Source: Raillietiella orientalis (lineage: Eukaryota). From it: a stretch of DNA of 64,000 nt. A program made the translations under genes and the position numbers. Position 1 is the first letter of the stretch, and each line of letters opens with the position of its first letter. The stretch spans positions 2,790,001 through 2,854,000 of the forward strand of contig JAYWIR010000018.1 of assembly GCA_036172245.1 (NCBI GenBank), read 5' to 3'. Below are positions 23,697 to 37,399 of this stretch, piece by piece. Below the pieces are notes generated by a model. It was not told the DNA's origin. It saw only the letters and a list, made by a program, of their open reading frames with translations, and did no database searches.

Positions 23697-26600
23697 ATGG
23701 AAGAACAAATAAAGTCGGCGTGTTCCAGGGCATTTTTGTTTTTTAAACCCATATGCGATGATCTTATGAAAAATCCTTGTTACCTAAACCTGAAGAGACT
23801 TAACAAAGCCATAAAAGACTGGGAGCTGTTGGAGAGTAAAGAATGCAAACGAAACGTTTTTATTTATTTATACTTATACATTTTGTTCCCACTAAGGGTG
23901 ATGTTAATGGCAAAAATAAAAAATGACATGTGAGTGAATCTAGAAATGGCTATAAATTCGTCATTGACAAAAAAATATTGTATATGAAGTATCTTCATAG
24001 TCATACGTAATATACATTTTTGAATTGAATGAAGTTTGTTGAGAGGGCAAATGCCCCAAATAATTTGTCTTAATTTCAGAGGACTGGCTGATGAAAAGGC
24101 AATCGAAGAATGGTTAAAGTGTCTGAAGAACATCACTAGTCGAGTAAATATTTCTGAGTGGAATTTGTTTCAGGAACTATTCCTGAATTTGTTTTTACTG
24201 ATTGTAAATAAAGAAAATGTTCAAAAAGGTACGTGATCTTTTGAGATATTTCAGCTCATGGTTTTTACATCTCAATTCAGAATTTCCTTCCTTTCCTTTT
24301 AATTTCTGTAAGAGTGATGTGCACTAAATACTGTAGACTGTTTGATGGTTTTCCAAGTAATTCTTTTTTAGCTTCAGCAAAATACAGTCATCTCTTCATG
24401 ATCATCCAAGTTTCGTATCTGTTCCTAACACATATATCTATTCTTACAAATTAATTCTTTCGTATGCATTTTATTACATGAAAATTTTAAAGCTTAAATA
24501 GTTTTGCTGGCAGGTGTAAAGTAGCATTGATACCCTTCTGTGGCTGTAGTAACCAGTATTAGCTTATTGAAAGTACATCATTTGCAAAAGTTCAAGTGAG
24601 AAATGTGCATAGAGTTCCATGATTGTAATGTTATATATGTGGGAGAAGGATCTCCAATTTTTTTGCCCTTCAATTCTAAGAACCTTTTATAATAATTGCT
24701 CATTGTCCATGCAAACTGGAAAAGTGTTTGTATATGTTTTTGTTTGTTAACATACAAGTAACTTCTGGTGATTTTGTTTGAATAGCTGCAAAACAAATGA
24801 ATGCTGAATCTCTGCAGCACATGAGTTAAAAACCTGTGTGGTAATTGGTCAGCTTCTAAGAATGCAAAGGATCTTTCAGGTTTCACTGTGCATTTTTTTT
24901 CTATTTTTCCAGCTAATGTGTGTTTGTAAAAACATTGCTTGTAATGAGTAGTGCTTACAATTTTTTCTGGAAATATTACAGGGTGTTGCATCATGTGTAG
25001 CACAGTTTATTTTTTTATTAGCAGCAGTTATTTGTAGCTTCTTACCATCATAAATAACAATGGTGTTTCCAAGAAGTGGGACTTCTGTGCATCCAACTAA
25101 AACTAAATGCAAAGCTGATTTAATGAGACAGTCTTACTGTGAAGATGTTTGTGTATAGATATTGAATCTAGTTTTTTTTCATCCAATCAGGAGTACATGA
25201 TAGCATTCATATCTAGATACAGTGGTTGCAAAAATATTCAAGTGTGTCAAAAATGAGAACTCTTCTGAGCCCTCTATTTCTTTGCAAGACAATTGAATTT
25301 AATTGACAGTGTGAATTACAGTTAAAAGCATTAATTACAAAATGGTTTTTTTTGAAAAGTGGAAAAGTAAAATAAGACTACATAAGAAAGTTAAACCTAA
25401 GTATTTTCTTTTAAAATAAGTTATCTCAATGTCTCAAGTCCATTCCTCCACATTACCTCATGTTTCATTTTTAGCATAAGTCAAAGATTTCCGTTTTTAA
25501 GCAGCAGCTCATTAAGGGTTTGGATTTGTGTAAGAGGTAAACACACAGCATGAAAATGATCTGGATGTTTTCATAGCTTGTATTTGTGTGATCAGTATTT
25601 TGAGTGAATGAGGACAAATCAGCCTACTGATATTCAGTATTTAATGAATATATTTTAGTAAATGATAGAAGTGAAGAAGTGAAATTAGAGGTGATTACAG
25701 CAGTGACCAGTCTTTTGCAGAGCGCTGATGGTAAACTCTCTGACCAAATATGGGCATCAGAGTTTTTACACCAGAAAGGTCATGCTATTTACATTTGCAT
25801 TCAACTACTTAACCTTGAATGCTGGTCCAAACTTCGGTAAGCATTATCTTTTTCCAAAAGCCTCTCTAGAAATCTGTGTTAAGTTTAGCAGTTTTGGAAT
25901 GTTTGGAAGAGTTACTCTGTTTGAAACAAGGTACTGGATATCAAAAAACAGTCATCCAATTTATGCCTGGGGTGCTACAGTGTCTGCAACAGGTGGCTTG
26001 CAGTCAGTCTAATCAAAACTTCCATGTAACAATGGTAAAGACTGTTGCACTCTGAATTGTGTCCAATCTTTGATTAGGGTGCAATTCGTTTATGGACACA
26101 AATGACGTCTTATTGCATGCAAGATGCTCTTTGGGATAGTTTACAAAATTCCATGGGTTCAGCTTGGGCCTCAAATACCCAAGAAAAAGTTTCCCAACTG
26201 TTAGTCAAAATGCTAAATGTGCAAATTCAAGACCATTGGCAAGTGCATTTGGCTATGGTTGAGATGGCAGTCAGCTTGATTACGCAATGTTGTGGGTAAG
26301 TGTGAGTGTTGCTGAACTCACTACACAGATATTTCTTCAGCTCCCTGCATTCTTGTGTGTCCTATCTTTTGGAACTACTGCTTATATTAATCAATGACAA
26401 AAATCCTAATGTCTGTAATGCTACTTCACAAGCTCTCCAACAGATAGATGAGAAATTCCAAGAACTTGGTAAAGATTCTCTACAGAGATTTCTACAAGAT
26501 CGCTTATACACAGTGTTGGCACAATTTCCTGGTACACTAAAGCATTCAGGTACATGGATTTTCGATATTCGACGAAATCATCAGTTTTCTGCAGATGAAA

Positions 26601-28716
26601 AAGGTCAATGGGCTCACTTGTGCATGCTTCATGGTTATCTGCAAATTCTTGGAAGTGAATTCTACAAATTATTGTATTCACAGTCCTATTTAGATAAATT
26701 GAAACGCTGTGTCCTAGACATGTGCTCCTTAAAAGTACGCTCACCAAGTGTACTTATAGAAATATCAGCAGCAGTTGATGTGTCCACCCTGGAAGTTGTT
26801 CCTTTTGCAAAACCATTTGCTCTATTGGACTCTGAACGATGTCAAACCAAGGCACAACAACTCTGTCAGTTATTAGGGCAACATGGTGATATTCTTTTTC
26901 TCACTGATCAGTTCTTAGAATTGATTGAGAGAAAAGAAAAGGCATCCATGGAAGCTTTAGTTGTGTTAAACAATCTCATACTGGGTAAGGCGGAGATGGA
27001 AATTGAACACTTGCATGGTTGAAACAAAATAGGAGCTAATGACAAGTTAACTGAACAGCAGTGTAGTGAACTACTTGACATGTTTCTGGATCCTGGACTT
27101 TTCCAAGTATGTGTTAGCTTGGAGGATGGTAATCACTTAACTTCACATCAGATTGCTGAGAATGTGATTCAGGTACTTGAACACATGAATGGTAAAGTTA
27201 ATATATCTGCAAATAAATTTTCCAGGTCTGTTTGCTTCTGGAAGGAATAGGAAACACAGCTCAAGCATTAAAGAGTCGACTACAGCCTTTTTTGTTACGT
27301 TTACTTTTTCCAGTTATGCAGAAAGTTGGAGGTTCTTGTGAAGCTGTTAAGACTACTGCTTTGGTCACATTAAAACAATTAAGTCTTGCCTGTGGACAAC
27401 AGTCATTACCAGAATTTGTGCACAGCAACATTGATTATTTGTCATTCCCACTGTGTATGCGTTTGAAGCAGGGACACTGTCATCCATCTACTAGTATTCT
27501 TATAAGAGTGATGATGGAGCTGGTATCAGAAAAGGTGCTTCCTTACATTCATGATATTGTGATGCAGGTAAAATAGTAAGAGCAAATGTGACTTTAACTC
27601 ACAAAACTCCTGCAAACTAGATCATGGGAAAGTTGACTGTGAGCAGTGTAGATCTGTTGTTTTCTGTGCAGGCACTTCATATGTATGTGGTATCTTTGAG
27701 TCGCATGCAAGGTGTACAACTCCATCAAATGGTGACATCTACTCATATTGAAGACCCAGCTGAGGGTCGCCTCACACGCTTTTTACAACAAAGAATGCAA
27801 GCACAACATATTCTTGACTGTTTGCCAGAGGATGATGAACCTGAATGTGAACAAACGATGGAAAATGCACATGAAGCTCTGGAGACTCTAGAGACAGAGG
27901 TTATTTGAAGGCACATTATTTATTATTTACTTCATATTTATATTGCAGAATGCTTTTCCAGAATATTTAAAAGTCACCACTTCCATTCTAAACCTGTGTC
28001 AACACTTGCTAGATTCACCATCTTCTTTGATAAAATCAATCCTTCTTCGCACTATTGAAACAGGTGTTCATCTGTTGCAAAACCATCAGAACCAGTTATT
28101 ACCTATCCTCCACAAGTTGTGGTCACCAATTGTTAGTACACTGCGGCATAGCCATTTGAATGTAGTGCGTCTCACCTTCCACACATTAGTCACAATGGTA
28201 CAAGTTAGTGAAGGTTTTCTCAGCAAAAGAACACAAGAAGAAATCCTTCCACCATTGCTGGAGTTCCTCTTTTGTCAGAGTAGCAAAAGCCAGTGGAAAT
28301 CTCCTACCTCTTCTTATATGTTGTCACAAGCATACAAATTGCAGCTTACTTGTTTGCAGCAAATGAGTCCATTATTAAGGCATTTTATGCTGTCAGAAAA
28401 TCAAATCAGTCGTATTATCAAAGCCTGCTTGCCATATCTTCATGAAGAACAGATTCCTGCTTTGCAGCAAGCTGCTTTTGATCTCATGAAACAGCTGGCT
28501 GCTATCAATAGTGATGTGGTATGGCTGGAAGTAATCAATGTATGGTATCCAGTACAGCAGCTAGAGCCTCCTAGTGCAGCTTTTCCTATAATTCAGGTTT
28601 GACTATTATGCAGGTTAGGATTTATTTTTCATCATTTATTTCAGTTGTCTGCTTCATGTGATCCTTGCAATCCATACAAAAAAAATATTGAAACACTGCT
28701 TAAGGAACTGAACTAA
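23697..28716 (+). CDS. TTI1: TELO2-interacting protein 1 (TTT complex HEAT-repeat protein), multi-exon
   Basis: Exon 1 is 23697-23929 (AFLFFKPIC..LYILFPLR), exon 2 is 24080-24228, exon 3 starts at 25659 (SEEVKLEVI). Further exons include LLEGIG..NIDYL and NQLLPILHKLWSPIV..FLSKRT..SQAYKLQL. The last exon, 28645-28716, reads NPYKKNIETLLKELN*. Checked junctions are in-phase GT-AG; most introns are ~50 nt. Confidence 0.92.
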
Positions 28717-29938
28717 TTTTCCTCATTTTCCTCATAATCAACACAGCCAGAGATAAATAGTATGCCTGTAGGTACTTTTTGCTGGTATTCTTTGTATTTT
28801 GGTCCATAGAAATTGAGCAAGGTCCATTCTTCTAGTTCTATCCGATCTTTAAAAAAGCTCCAGGAAATCATCAAGTAAATAAAGAAGCACAATGGATTTA
28901 CTAAAATCATCTGAAGCCTGGTAAGAGCAGCTTTTGCATTTTAATCATTTTTACCTGTGTCCCCAATGACCAGAAGAACCATCCTACGTAACTAGGATGT
29001 CTGCATACCCCATAAATGCCTTTGGTGACTAGTTGATGATTCTCCGGTTGTTCTATTTGTACCAAATGGTGGAAATTGGATTTAGCTGTGAACATACTAA
29101 GTTTACGAATGATTTCGCCACCTATACATAAAGACAAGCCTACATAGCTGATAGCAGGCAGTTTCCAACCTAGTAGTGATATCCATACTAAGTCCTATCC
29201 ATTATGAGCATTGCACTCACTTGGAATCAGTAAATATTCTAGCCAGAATTCTATCCAGCTACACAAAGCTGCTATTCCATAAGCTGCACTGTGATTCAGC
29301 AAAAAGGAACTGAGAGTGAGTGATTTGGGATTTACTAAGGCAATGCTGAGATATTCTGTGAAATGAAAACATGAAAGAATAGCAAAATACCAGCCAAACA
29401 TCTATAAATTGTGAATTAATAGCTTGTAATCATGTGTGTAATTCAACCTTTAATGGTAAATGCACCTTCCAACTAAACAGTATGGCACAAGCGAACACTA
29501 ATCCTAGAACTTCTGAAATAAAAACTACCTGAAAATATTATGGTAGCAATTAGATTTTTGACTTTGCATGCTGGGTAATTGTTTTGTATATTTGCAAAGT
29601 AATTAATTAAGTTACTACCTCCTTGAACTCAAAACAATCAAATTTGATGAGAAATGTAAAAGCTACCAATTCTGTCAATTAAAAAGGAAACGAAAAACAA
29701 TGACTAATAATTACGGGTATAACATTTTATAAAATTTCAATATCCATACCTTCAGGAGCATGCTCCTAGAATATAATTTCACACACGTGATTATGTTTAT
29801 CGCCGAATGCAAAATGAAAGTTATGCACCATCCTGAATTCCGCGTGATGTATGAGCTGCTCACTAACATAGCTCCTAAAATAAACCCATAAATTGCGACT
29901 GCAATTTCATAGACCAAAGTGCTTTGCTTCTTTTGCAT
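28713..29938 (-). CDS. ICMT: Protein-S-isoprenylcysteine O-methyltransferase, 5 exons
   Basis: Exons ~29938-29750, 29529-29448, 29401-29220, 29170-28955 and 28910-28713. Motifs FHFTEYL..NP..SFLLNHS.AYGIAA, GEIIRK..NFHHLVQ..HQLVTKGIY..CRHPSYVGWFFWSLGTQ, and NPLC..FFKDRIELEE..Y..YQQKVPTG. Confidence 0.95.
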
Positions 29939-30949
29939 TATATTGATAGAAGTTCTGAATTTCGGGTTTTACATGTACACAAAGTGATTTGGGTTGAAGG
30001 CAACTTTCGGGTGTCGTACATCGGTGATGATAATGCACTATTATTATTCGTAGGGTCTAATGACCCAAAAACTGCTGTTCCAGTTAAGCCTGTGTGGAAC
30101 TACAGATGCACTATGCACGTGTCTGAGACAAAACTGACTCGGTTGCTTACTAAATAATCAAACAAACAAAAGTGAACGTACACTACACCACTCCCGTACA
30201 TAAAGTTCCCTGAGGACGCACTTTTCATTGATAAATGTTTTGATGGCATTGGATTTTACACGATTTGTTACACCAAACATCATTCGTCGCCAGCATAAGC
30301 GTACCAAACGCTTCCTTCCAGTTTTTGTATTAATTCAAATGTCTGCCCCTTCGCTCGTGTATAATAATTCAGAGTTGCGGGAAAATATTCCAAATGTAAA
30401 GAAAACTCTTCCAACGTGTTCCTTCCAACATTTATTCGCAGAATTAGAGAAAACTTATTCTGTGAATAAAAATGCTGGAAGGAACAAGTATTTCTGAATG
30501 CCTTATTACTGAGGTCTTGAGCTTTACATTCATGATTTTATAAATGAAGACTAAGATTCAACCGAGTTGCTGAGGACCAAACATCCGATGAAGCTGGGTA
30601 AGGAAATCTACGAAATAAAGTTCGATATCATCACAGAGAATTCTGTCTTAGATCGATCAGGCAGAAAGCTCGAAGCGACCGCTTGAGTCGCACGTATCAA
30701 ATATTATAATCGAAAACTTCACAGAAAACAGTAGAATTCCATGACCTTTTAAGCAACGGTTCGTTTATTAATGATGATCGCTACTGATGATCATGCTTTT
30801 ACCTTTTGTTTCACGAAGTTTGAAATTGAAAATCAGTCAAGATCGCTGTACAAGTAAGCACACTTATACATATTTTCTGTACTAATACTTTTATAATAGT
30901 CAATTATTCTTTTAGGACGATGAGCTCCTATTTTCTTTTTCATACAGTA

Positions 30950-32900
30950 TCCTTTGTATATTCAATATCGTTCTCATGTACACCTGATTTTGCAATAGCC
31001 TAAAATGTTCCAGTCCAGCCATAAAGATTGGTGAGGCGCTTAGTTAATAGATACTTTTATTCTTCACCTTATGGAACATTCGAAATGTGAACTGTAAATC
31101 AAGAGTTTCATAGTTCTTTTTCTCAATTTTCGTTTCGTTTCTTCGATCCAATTTATTGTTAGTAAAATAACTGTCCTTTCCTTGTATAAGCTAATCGTAA
31201 GAGCATAACAACCTCTTCTATGTAATCTTCTCAATTGTTATTTTAACTAATTTCCTCCAATTAATTCTACCGGTACTTTTTCTTCTAAGAGTATTGGAGG
31301 AAAATTGCATCGTTTTCTGGAGAATTGAGAATTACGTTTATCTTTGTTTCCAATTTTCCTCAGCAGTTCCCTTCAGCAGAAAATAGCTCTGTACTTTTGA
31401 ATTGCAAGTTAACAAGAGGTAACTCATAAGCCAACAGGAATTCTAGTTTGTGTCCACCTCTGATAGCCTTCTTTCAGTCTACCGAAATTGGTAGAGAAAT
31501 TAAGAGAATGCATTTATTTTTAGTTTGCTGGAGCTTCTCTAGAAAAAAGCCCTTTAAGCCGATTGTTTCCCTCTGTACTTCCTTGTTCACTTTAGATTAC
31601 ATGATGTATCTTTCAAGAATTAAAAGAAAAAATCTTCTCTTTTGCTTCCTTCATAAAATCATGTTGCACTTACTCCACCTGCATCATTCAAAAGGTTTCT
31701 GTTATAAGAAATCTTCTTTGTCATACACAAGAACTGGTGAATGAAAACCTAGTGCTATATTTCCTCACAGACTCAAAAAGAGGACCTTTCTAATCGATCA
31801 TTTGAGGACCATTCTAATCGATCGCTAGGTGCTGGAAGGTTCTGCACCAGTGTTCTTAAGACTGCCTCTGGACAAGTCTTTCTTCCCTAAGAACAAGACT
31901 GCTCAAGTGAGGATAGGTTTCCCAGGTGCTGTTCCGTAGCGGAAGTAATCTAAAAATCCCAAATTCTCAACTACACCCGCATTTCGATCTTTTGTGTTCG
32001 CTTTTCTTTCACTAGCGGTGCTTTCTGTATCTTCCGTGTGTATTCCATTTTTACAAGGAGTCCAGCGTCCCCGATGTTTTGTCGTTAGGATTCTGATGTA
32101 GCGCTTCCTCATCCTTTCATTACATATTTTTTCTTCATCACCTAAGAAATGATTTCTGGTTATCAAATATAATTAAAGCTCATTTTCTGTGTTCTACTAC
32201 CATTCTAGATAGCAGTCTATAGTGTTGTCAACCCGTGGGCATTACAGAGATCCCCCGAAAACACAGCTGCTAAACTACACTTGTTAGTCTTTTCTGTGCG
32301 TGTTACCAGTTTCTGTTCTCGGAACCTCCAGGTGTCACTGAAGACCAAACGCTGAAATTCTCGAAAATTCGTGCAGCTCCCAGGCGAGTTCTCATCTCCC
32401 TGACTCATGCAGAAAGATGGACAGCAATCTCTGCTTTTTGCGGATCTCTACAAAGAATGCTGTCCGAGTCGAAAGCAAACCCTAGGAAAACAGAGCTTTG
32501 CCATTTGCTTTCGTTGCATTATTGGTTGGAGATTCTCCAATGTAGCGCAAAACATTTCGCAACTGAAGGGGTCAACCCTCCTCATGTCTACTTCGTCCAA
32601 TACCTCTTCCGTTGGGAAACGAGAATCCGCATCCCTGCAGCTTCGTTTTCTGAGACTACGAATCGTTTCTCCTGGATTACCTTGCCGTTTCTACGCCTCT
32701 TTACAGCGGCTAGCATTCTCGGCGAGCACCTCGAAAACTCGACTGGCACCTCGCCCTTCCACTGTTTCGATTGGGCGTGGCATCGGCGGCAGTCCACACG
32801 AAACGAATGAACCGGTGAACGCGAGCGCAGACAGACGAACCGGACGTCTTGGCTCCGGATTCCTCTAGGTCCGCTTATCACCTTATCACCTCAGAGGTTG
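30950..32900 (-). mobile_element. Degraded RTE-like LINE fragments
   Basis: Minus-strand VLRYIG..GLLSTRTAFF (cf. F.YLG...RI..A..AF), and the 3' region NHFLG..TKHRGRW..KDRN..VENL..RYGT, typical of RTE ORF ends. Heavily mutated. Confidence 0.4.
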
Positions 32901-34599
32901 CTTTGGATGCATCTGTCTTCCTCCTTTTTCCCGGCATCTCATTCGACTGCAATCGCCCCCGACCTCGTCTCATCCAATCACCAGCTCAACGCCACTCAGA
33001 AACGGCGCGATGAAGGTGGAAGAAGCAAACTCTCGTTTATGTCGAGCAGGGTTACCAGAGAATTGTCAAAGTGAAAAGCGAAAGAAAAAAAAAGGAAGAA
33101 AGGAAAAGAAGGAAGAAAGAAAGCGAAAGAGGGAAAGCAGTAGGGTTTGCCTCAGGAACAAAAAGCTTGCTTCTCTCTCGAGAGAGGTAGAAAAGAGGTC
33201 TCCGATTCTATTGGCTTCTTTCGCACAGGTCTTCCCTTCCCCTTCCTGCTCTTCCTAGCACCATCACCACTTCTACTCAATTTCTTTTTCTCTTCTGTTT
33301 CTCCTCCATCTTTCCATCGTAGTCCTCGCGCCACTATGGGAGCTCGAAGTCTCCATTGTCTCTGCGACGAGGGATCAGGGCCTCTGGGCAAGAAGGGTAT
33401 GAGCGCGGAAAAGCAATGCCTGGGCTGTGGTTAGAATCCGGAGGTAGGAAAACGAGGATGGTAGTGTGCTGGGAGAAGAGGGGAAGGATCGATTCCCCCT
33501 GCCACTGTCCCTTCAGTCCAGGAAATCCTCTGTCAGACCTCGGAGAGGGAGAGTCGTCCTCAGACAAGAGGACAGCCCCTTCTTGGAGTCAGCCGCTCCC
33601 TGAGGCAAAAGGAGGGATCTCAAGGGAGGAAGGAGCAGACCTCCCGCTGCATCGGATCGCCCCTTGCCTAGAAAGGACAGAACGTACAGTGGGGAGGGCT
33701 TTGATCCCTGAATCCCCCAGGGAGATTATTCATCAGGGAGAAATCCAGTCTCTTTCTTCTCCTTTGCGAACGTTGCTACACCATGTGAAAAATCCATGCA
33801 TTCCAGCGAGATCCTAGATCCTAGGGAGACGGTGGGGTGTGTGCTTCGGGAACGCGAGCGACCTTTGTCTCTTCTCCACTCACACCCTTGTGGCCAGAGA
33901 AGGGACAAATGTGACACCAGGGTGTGGGCAAAACTGCCTGAGGTGTATGGCTACCTGTTCACCTTCTGACCGGCTGTCGCACGGAGAAGGAGGAAAGGAA
34001 AGAAGGGAGGCAAGGGGGAGGATACCCCTGTTGCAGGCAAAAGCAAGATACCCCTGTTGCAGGCGAGACTCTGCTCCCTTTTTCCTCGAAGATGCTGTGC
34101 TTTTTCCCCGGTGCCTTCTGACCAACCCCTCCCTCCCTGAAAAAGCGTTGGCGACTCCCTGAGGCAGTGACCTCTCTCGTTCCCATCCTCTCTCGTTGGA
34201 CATCCACGGGTCGTCGCGGCCGTTTCCCCCAGCCACTGGGATGGAAGGAAGAGGTCAGGGAACCAAGAAGGGCCATACGCTCGCGCGCAGGCACATTCTT
34301 GGGGTCCATGGTTTTCCGGGTTCCTCCTCGCCATATCCAAGTGACCGGGTGCCGGCGTCCATCTCAATTCCTTGGGTTCCCGCTATGCTCCCCTCCCCGT
34401 CTCTCCAGTCGATCAAGTGGAACGGGGGAAATTCCTCTCACTCCCCTCCGTGGGCGCGTTCTCGCCTCTCGGGATCCGCCCAGGCATGGAGCGAGGGAGA
34501 AGAGGCGTGCGTCCACCGTCAGACGGCGCCACGAAGAGCACACGCCGCGTCTCCCAGAGAACAAGGGAAGTGGCACGGCGCGCGCGCGCGCGTGATCGG

Positions 34600-37215
34600 C
34601 GTGAGGCTGCAGTGCGTGCGTTTCCACACCCGCGTTGTATGCGGAGGCGTCGACCGAACGCAGTCGCTCCGAGATGCTTTTACCGGCGGTTGCCCTCGCT
34701 GTCGACCACGAGGAACGCGTGCGTCTCTACGATCCCTTCAAGGCGGAGGAAATCTCTTCCGCTTTTCGCGGAGCTCAAGAGACAGCAGGCTCCAGGCAAG
34801 GACGGCATGCCCGCGGAGTTCTTCCAGTGCTTCGCGGCGGAGTTGATCCCCTTGGTGCTGAGTTTCTCATTGCTGATGCGCGAGGTGGGCGATGTCCCGC
34901 CTCGTTCTGCTCAGCAAAGGTGCGTCTCCTGCCGAAAGGCGGGGACTTGCGCCACCTCAACAACTGGCATCCTATCACCCTGGTGAATTCGGACGTCAAG
35001 CTGTTCTCGAAGCTGTGAGTCGCGCGCCTAGGGAGGATCGCGGAGTTTTTGGTAAGTCTGGAACAGACCTATACTATTCCCGGGAGGTCCATGGATGCAA
35101 ACCTCCTTTTCACGCAACCTGCCTCGAGTTGCAGCGATGACGCGCCAGGGCATGGAAGCCGAAATAGCCTCTGCCGCGGGCAAGAGTAGGTGTATCAGAC
35201 AAGAGGGAACTCTGGGTGCCTTGGCGGTCGCGATCGATCTGCACAAAGCGTTCGACTGCGTCAACCAAGACCGAGACGTTTCAGGAGAACCTTCTGGAGC
35301 TCTTCGGACGTCTCGGTCTTTCAGAGCACCTCGTCGCCTGCTTGCGCTCCTGCTGGCGCCACGCATTATGCTGTATCTCTTTCAGTAGCTGCCACCTGTA
35401 CGGCATACCGATACCTCTGTGCATCAGGCAGGGAGACAGCTTGAGCCCTCTGTTCTTCAGCATTTTCTTTGAGTTGGTGCTGAAGGCGCACAGGGTGGCG
35501 CTCGCCGACCTGTCGAACTCTTGTCCAGGTACGCCATCCGTGGCCGCCTATGCGGACGATCTGTTTCTGCTGTTGTCCATGTCTACCCCAGCGGCTAGGC
35601 TCGAGGAATTCTTCGAGATGATGCATCGGAACGTGAGCGTGAATGTCCACAGATGGATCCACAGAAGGCAGTCCACGGTCGTTCCTGATGGTCCTACGTG
35701 GGAGCAGCAGTCCGACTGGGTCTGCTTGGGGATCCCCGCGGAAAGGTGCTTGAAGTACCTTGGCATTCTGCTGGGAGACTTCTGTCCAACAGAAGCGTGG
35801 TCGGACTGCCTTCAAAAGGCAGAGAGTGCTCTCGATCCGTTCGAAGGTGGCAAGTTCCTCTTATCGGAGCGGGCCTTCGTGTGGAACACCTTCGCAGCCC
35901 ATCTCCTCCGGCTCTCTCCTTTTTCTTTGGCCTCCCCCCCCCCTCGGCGAAACTCTGGGCAGAATGCCTGCTGAGGAACGTTCAGTGGGGACCTGCGAGG
36001 TCCAGGATTCGCCTTAAGGACTTGGCGGCTCCGTGTCGGCATGTCGGCTTAGGTATCCTGATGCTGGACAGAATTAGACTGATATTACAGTTGCGGATTC
36101 TGGCACTTTATGCAAAGCTTTGGAATACCTGTGGTGTGTGCTCCTGCGCGTCTGATACTGCGGCGCTGCACCAGCGGCGGAACGACTGCTCTCGTTGCTG
36201 CCTCACTCCCAGCGTGCCACGAGTGGATTCTGCTTCCTGCTGAGTCAGTTTGCCTCGCTCCTGGAAGCTCATTAGTGGATCTCCTGCCGACCAACGAGAT
36301 TTAACGCGTGGCGGCAGAAGAGACTGTCGTCCTGGACAATGCATCAGGAAGTGTCGCTTGTGGAAATTCGTTGCGTGAATCTTTCCCCGTACTGTCCGAT
36401 GGAGGATGTGTTTCAGGACCAGGACAAATGGACTCGCCTGGCTTCCACGCACCTTACCGCAGAGCTTTCTGCCCTCAAGGCAAGAGATGACAGGTTCCTA
36501 CCGGCGGAATGGGGAGTCTCCTGCACGATTTTCAGAGAAAACAGACCTTTGGGCAGCTGGAAGACGAGTGAACTAACAGATGCTGCTACTCTTCATAACT
36601 GTGTAAAGGGACTCTTTCGATGGAGCGAGTTGTTGAGTGTGCTCCCCGAAGAACTTGTAGTCCCTCCTTCGTGAGTGGACACCTTTGTGTTCCCCCTTCG
36701 ATGGAAACAGGATGTGCTTCTGCTGTTGCATTGGGGCTTTCATTGCCATTCGCACGCTGACCTGGTTTCCAGGGCAGTTGCCTCCCGGAACCGTGGAAGG
36801 TGCGGAGCTACGGAATCATTCCCGCACCTGCTCTTTGACTGCGGTGCCCTTCGAGGACCGTGGAGGAGACTGCCTTCAGCGCTCCTGCATCCGGAACACA
36901 CCGCAATGGACTTGATGCGCCGCTTCTTCACGCGCGTCGGCCTCTGGCTAGGCGCAGTCATCGCAACGATCTGCTGCATCCGCGCCATCGTCATGGCCCG
37001 CCACGTGTTGGAATCGCGAGCGGTCCCAACAGAGTTCACCAGAATTGCAACCTCCAACGTGAGCACGGCTGTCAGATGGCCTCATATGAACGAAAAAGGC
37101 GGGAAGGAGATCTCCGGCATTCAGCGCCGGTTCTGAGAACAAGGAACGACCAAAGCAAAGACCCTGTACCCTCCCTCCCATCCCCCATATTTCTTTTTGT
37201 ATTTTTTATATCTAT
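34600..37215 (+). mobile_element. L1/Tx1-clade LINE ORF2 (reverse transcriptase plus C-terminal zinc finger), frameshifted
   Basis: APGKDGMPAEFFQ, LLPKGGDLRHLNNWHPITLVNSDVKLFSK, AIDLHKAFDCVN, IRQGDSLSPLFF, AAYADDL, LKYLGI and RCGATESFPHLLFDC occur in order across shifted frames. Confidence 0.9.
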
Positions 37216-37399
37216 TTGTCGTTCCCTCCCTCCCGTTCCGGACTTTCAGTGTTCCCAGCCTGCGTGTCGGGTAGTCCTTTCCGGACTAGGACTTGGACGA
37301 CGGTGTTGGTGATAAGGGAGGGTAGTCAGAAGGTGGGTTGGGTCTGTCACGATAACGGAGGCGATGGGATGGAGGTGGTAAGAACGGCGTCTCCGTTCG

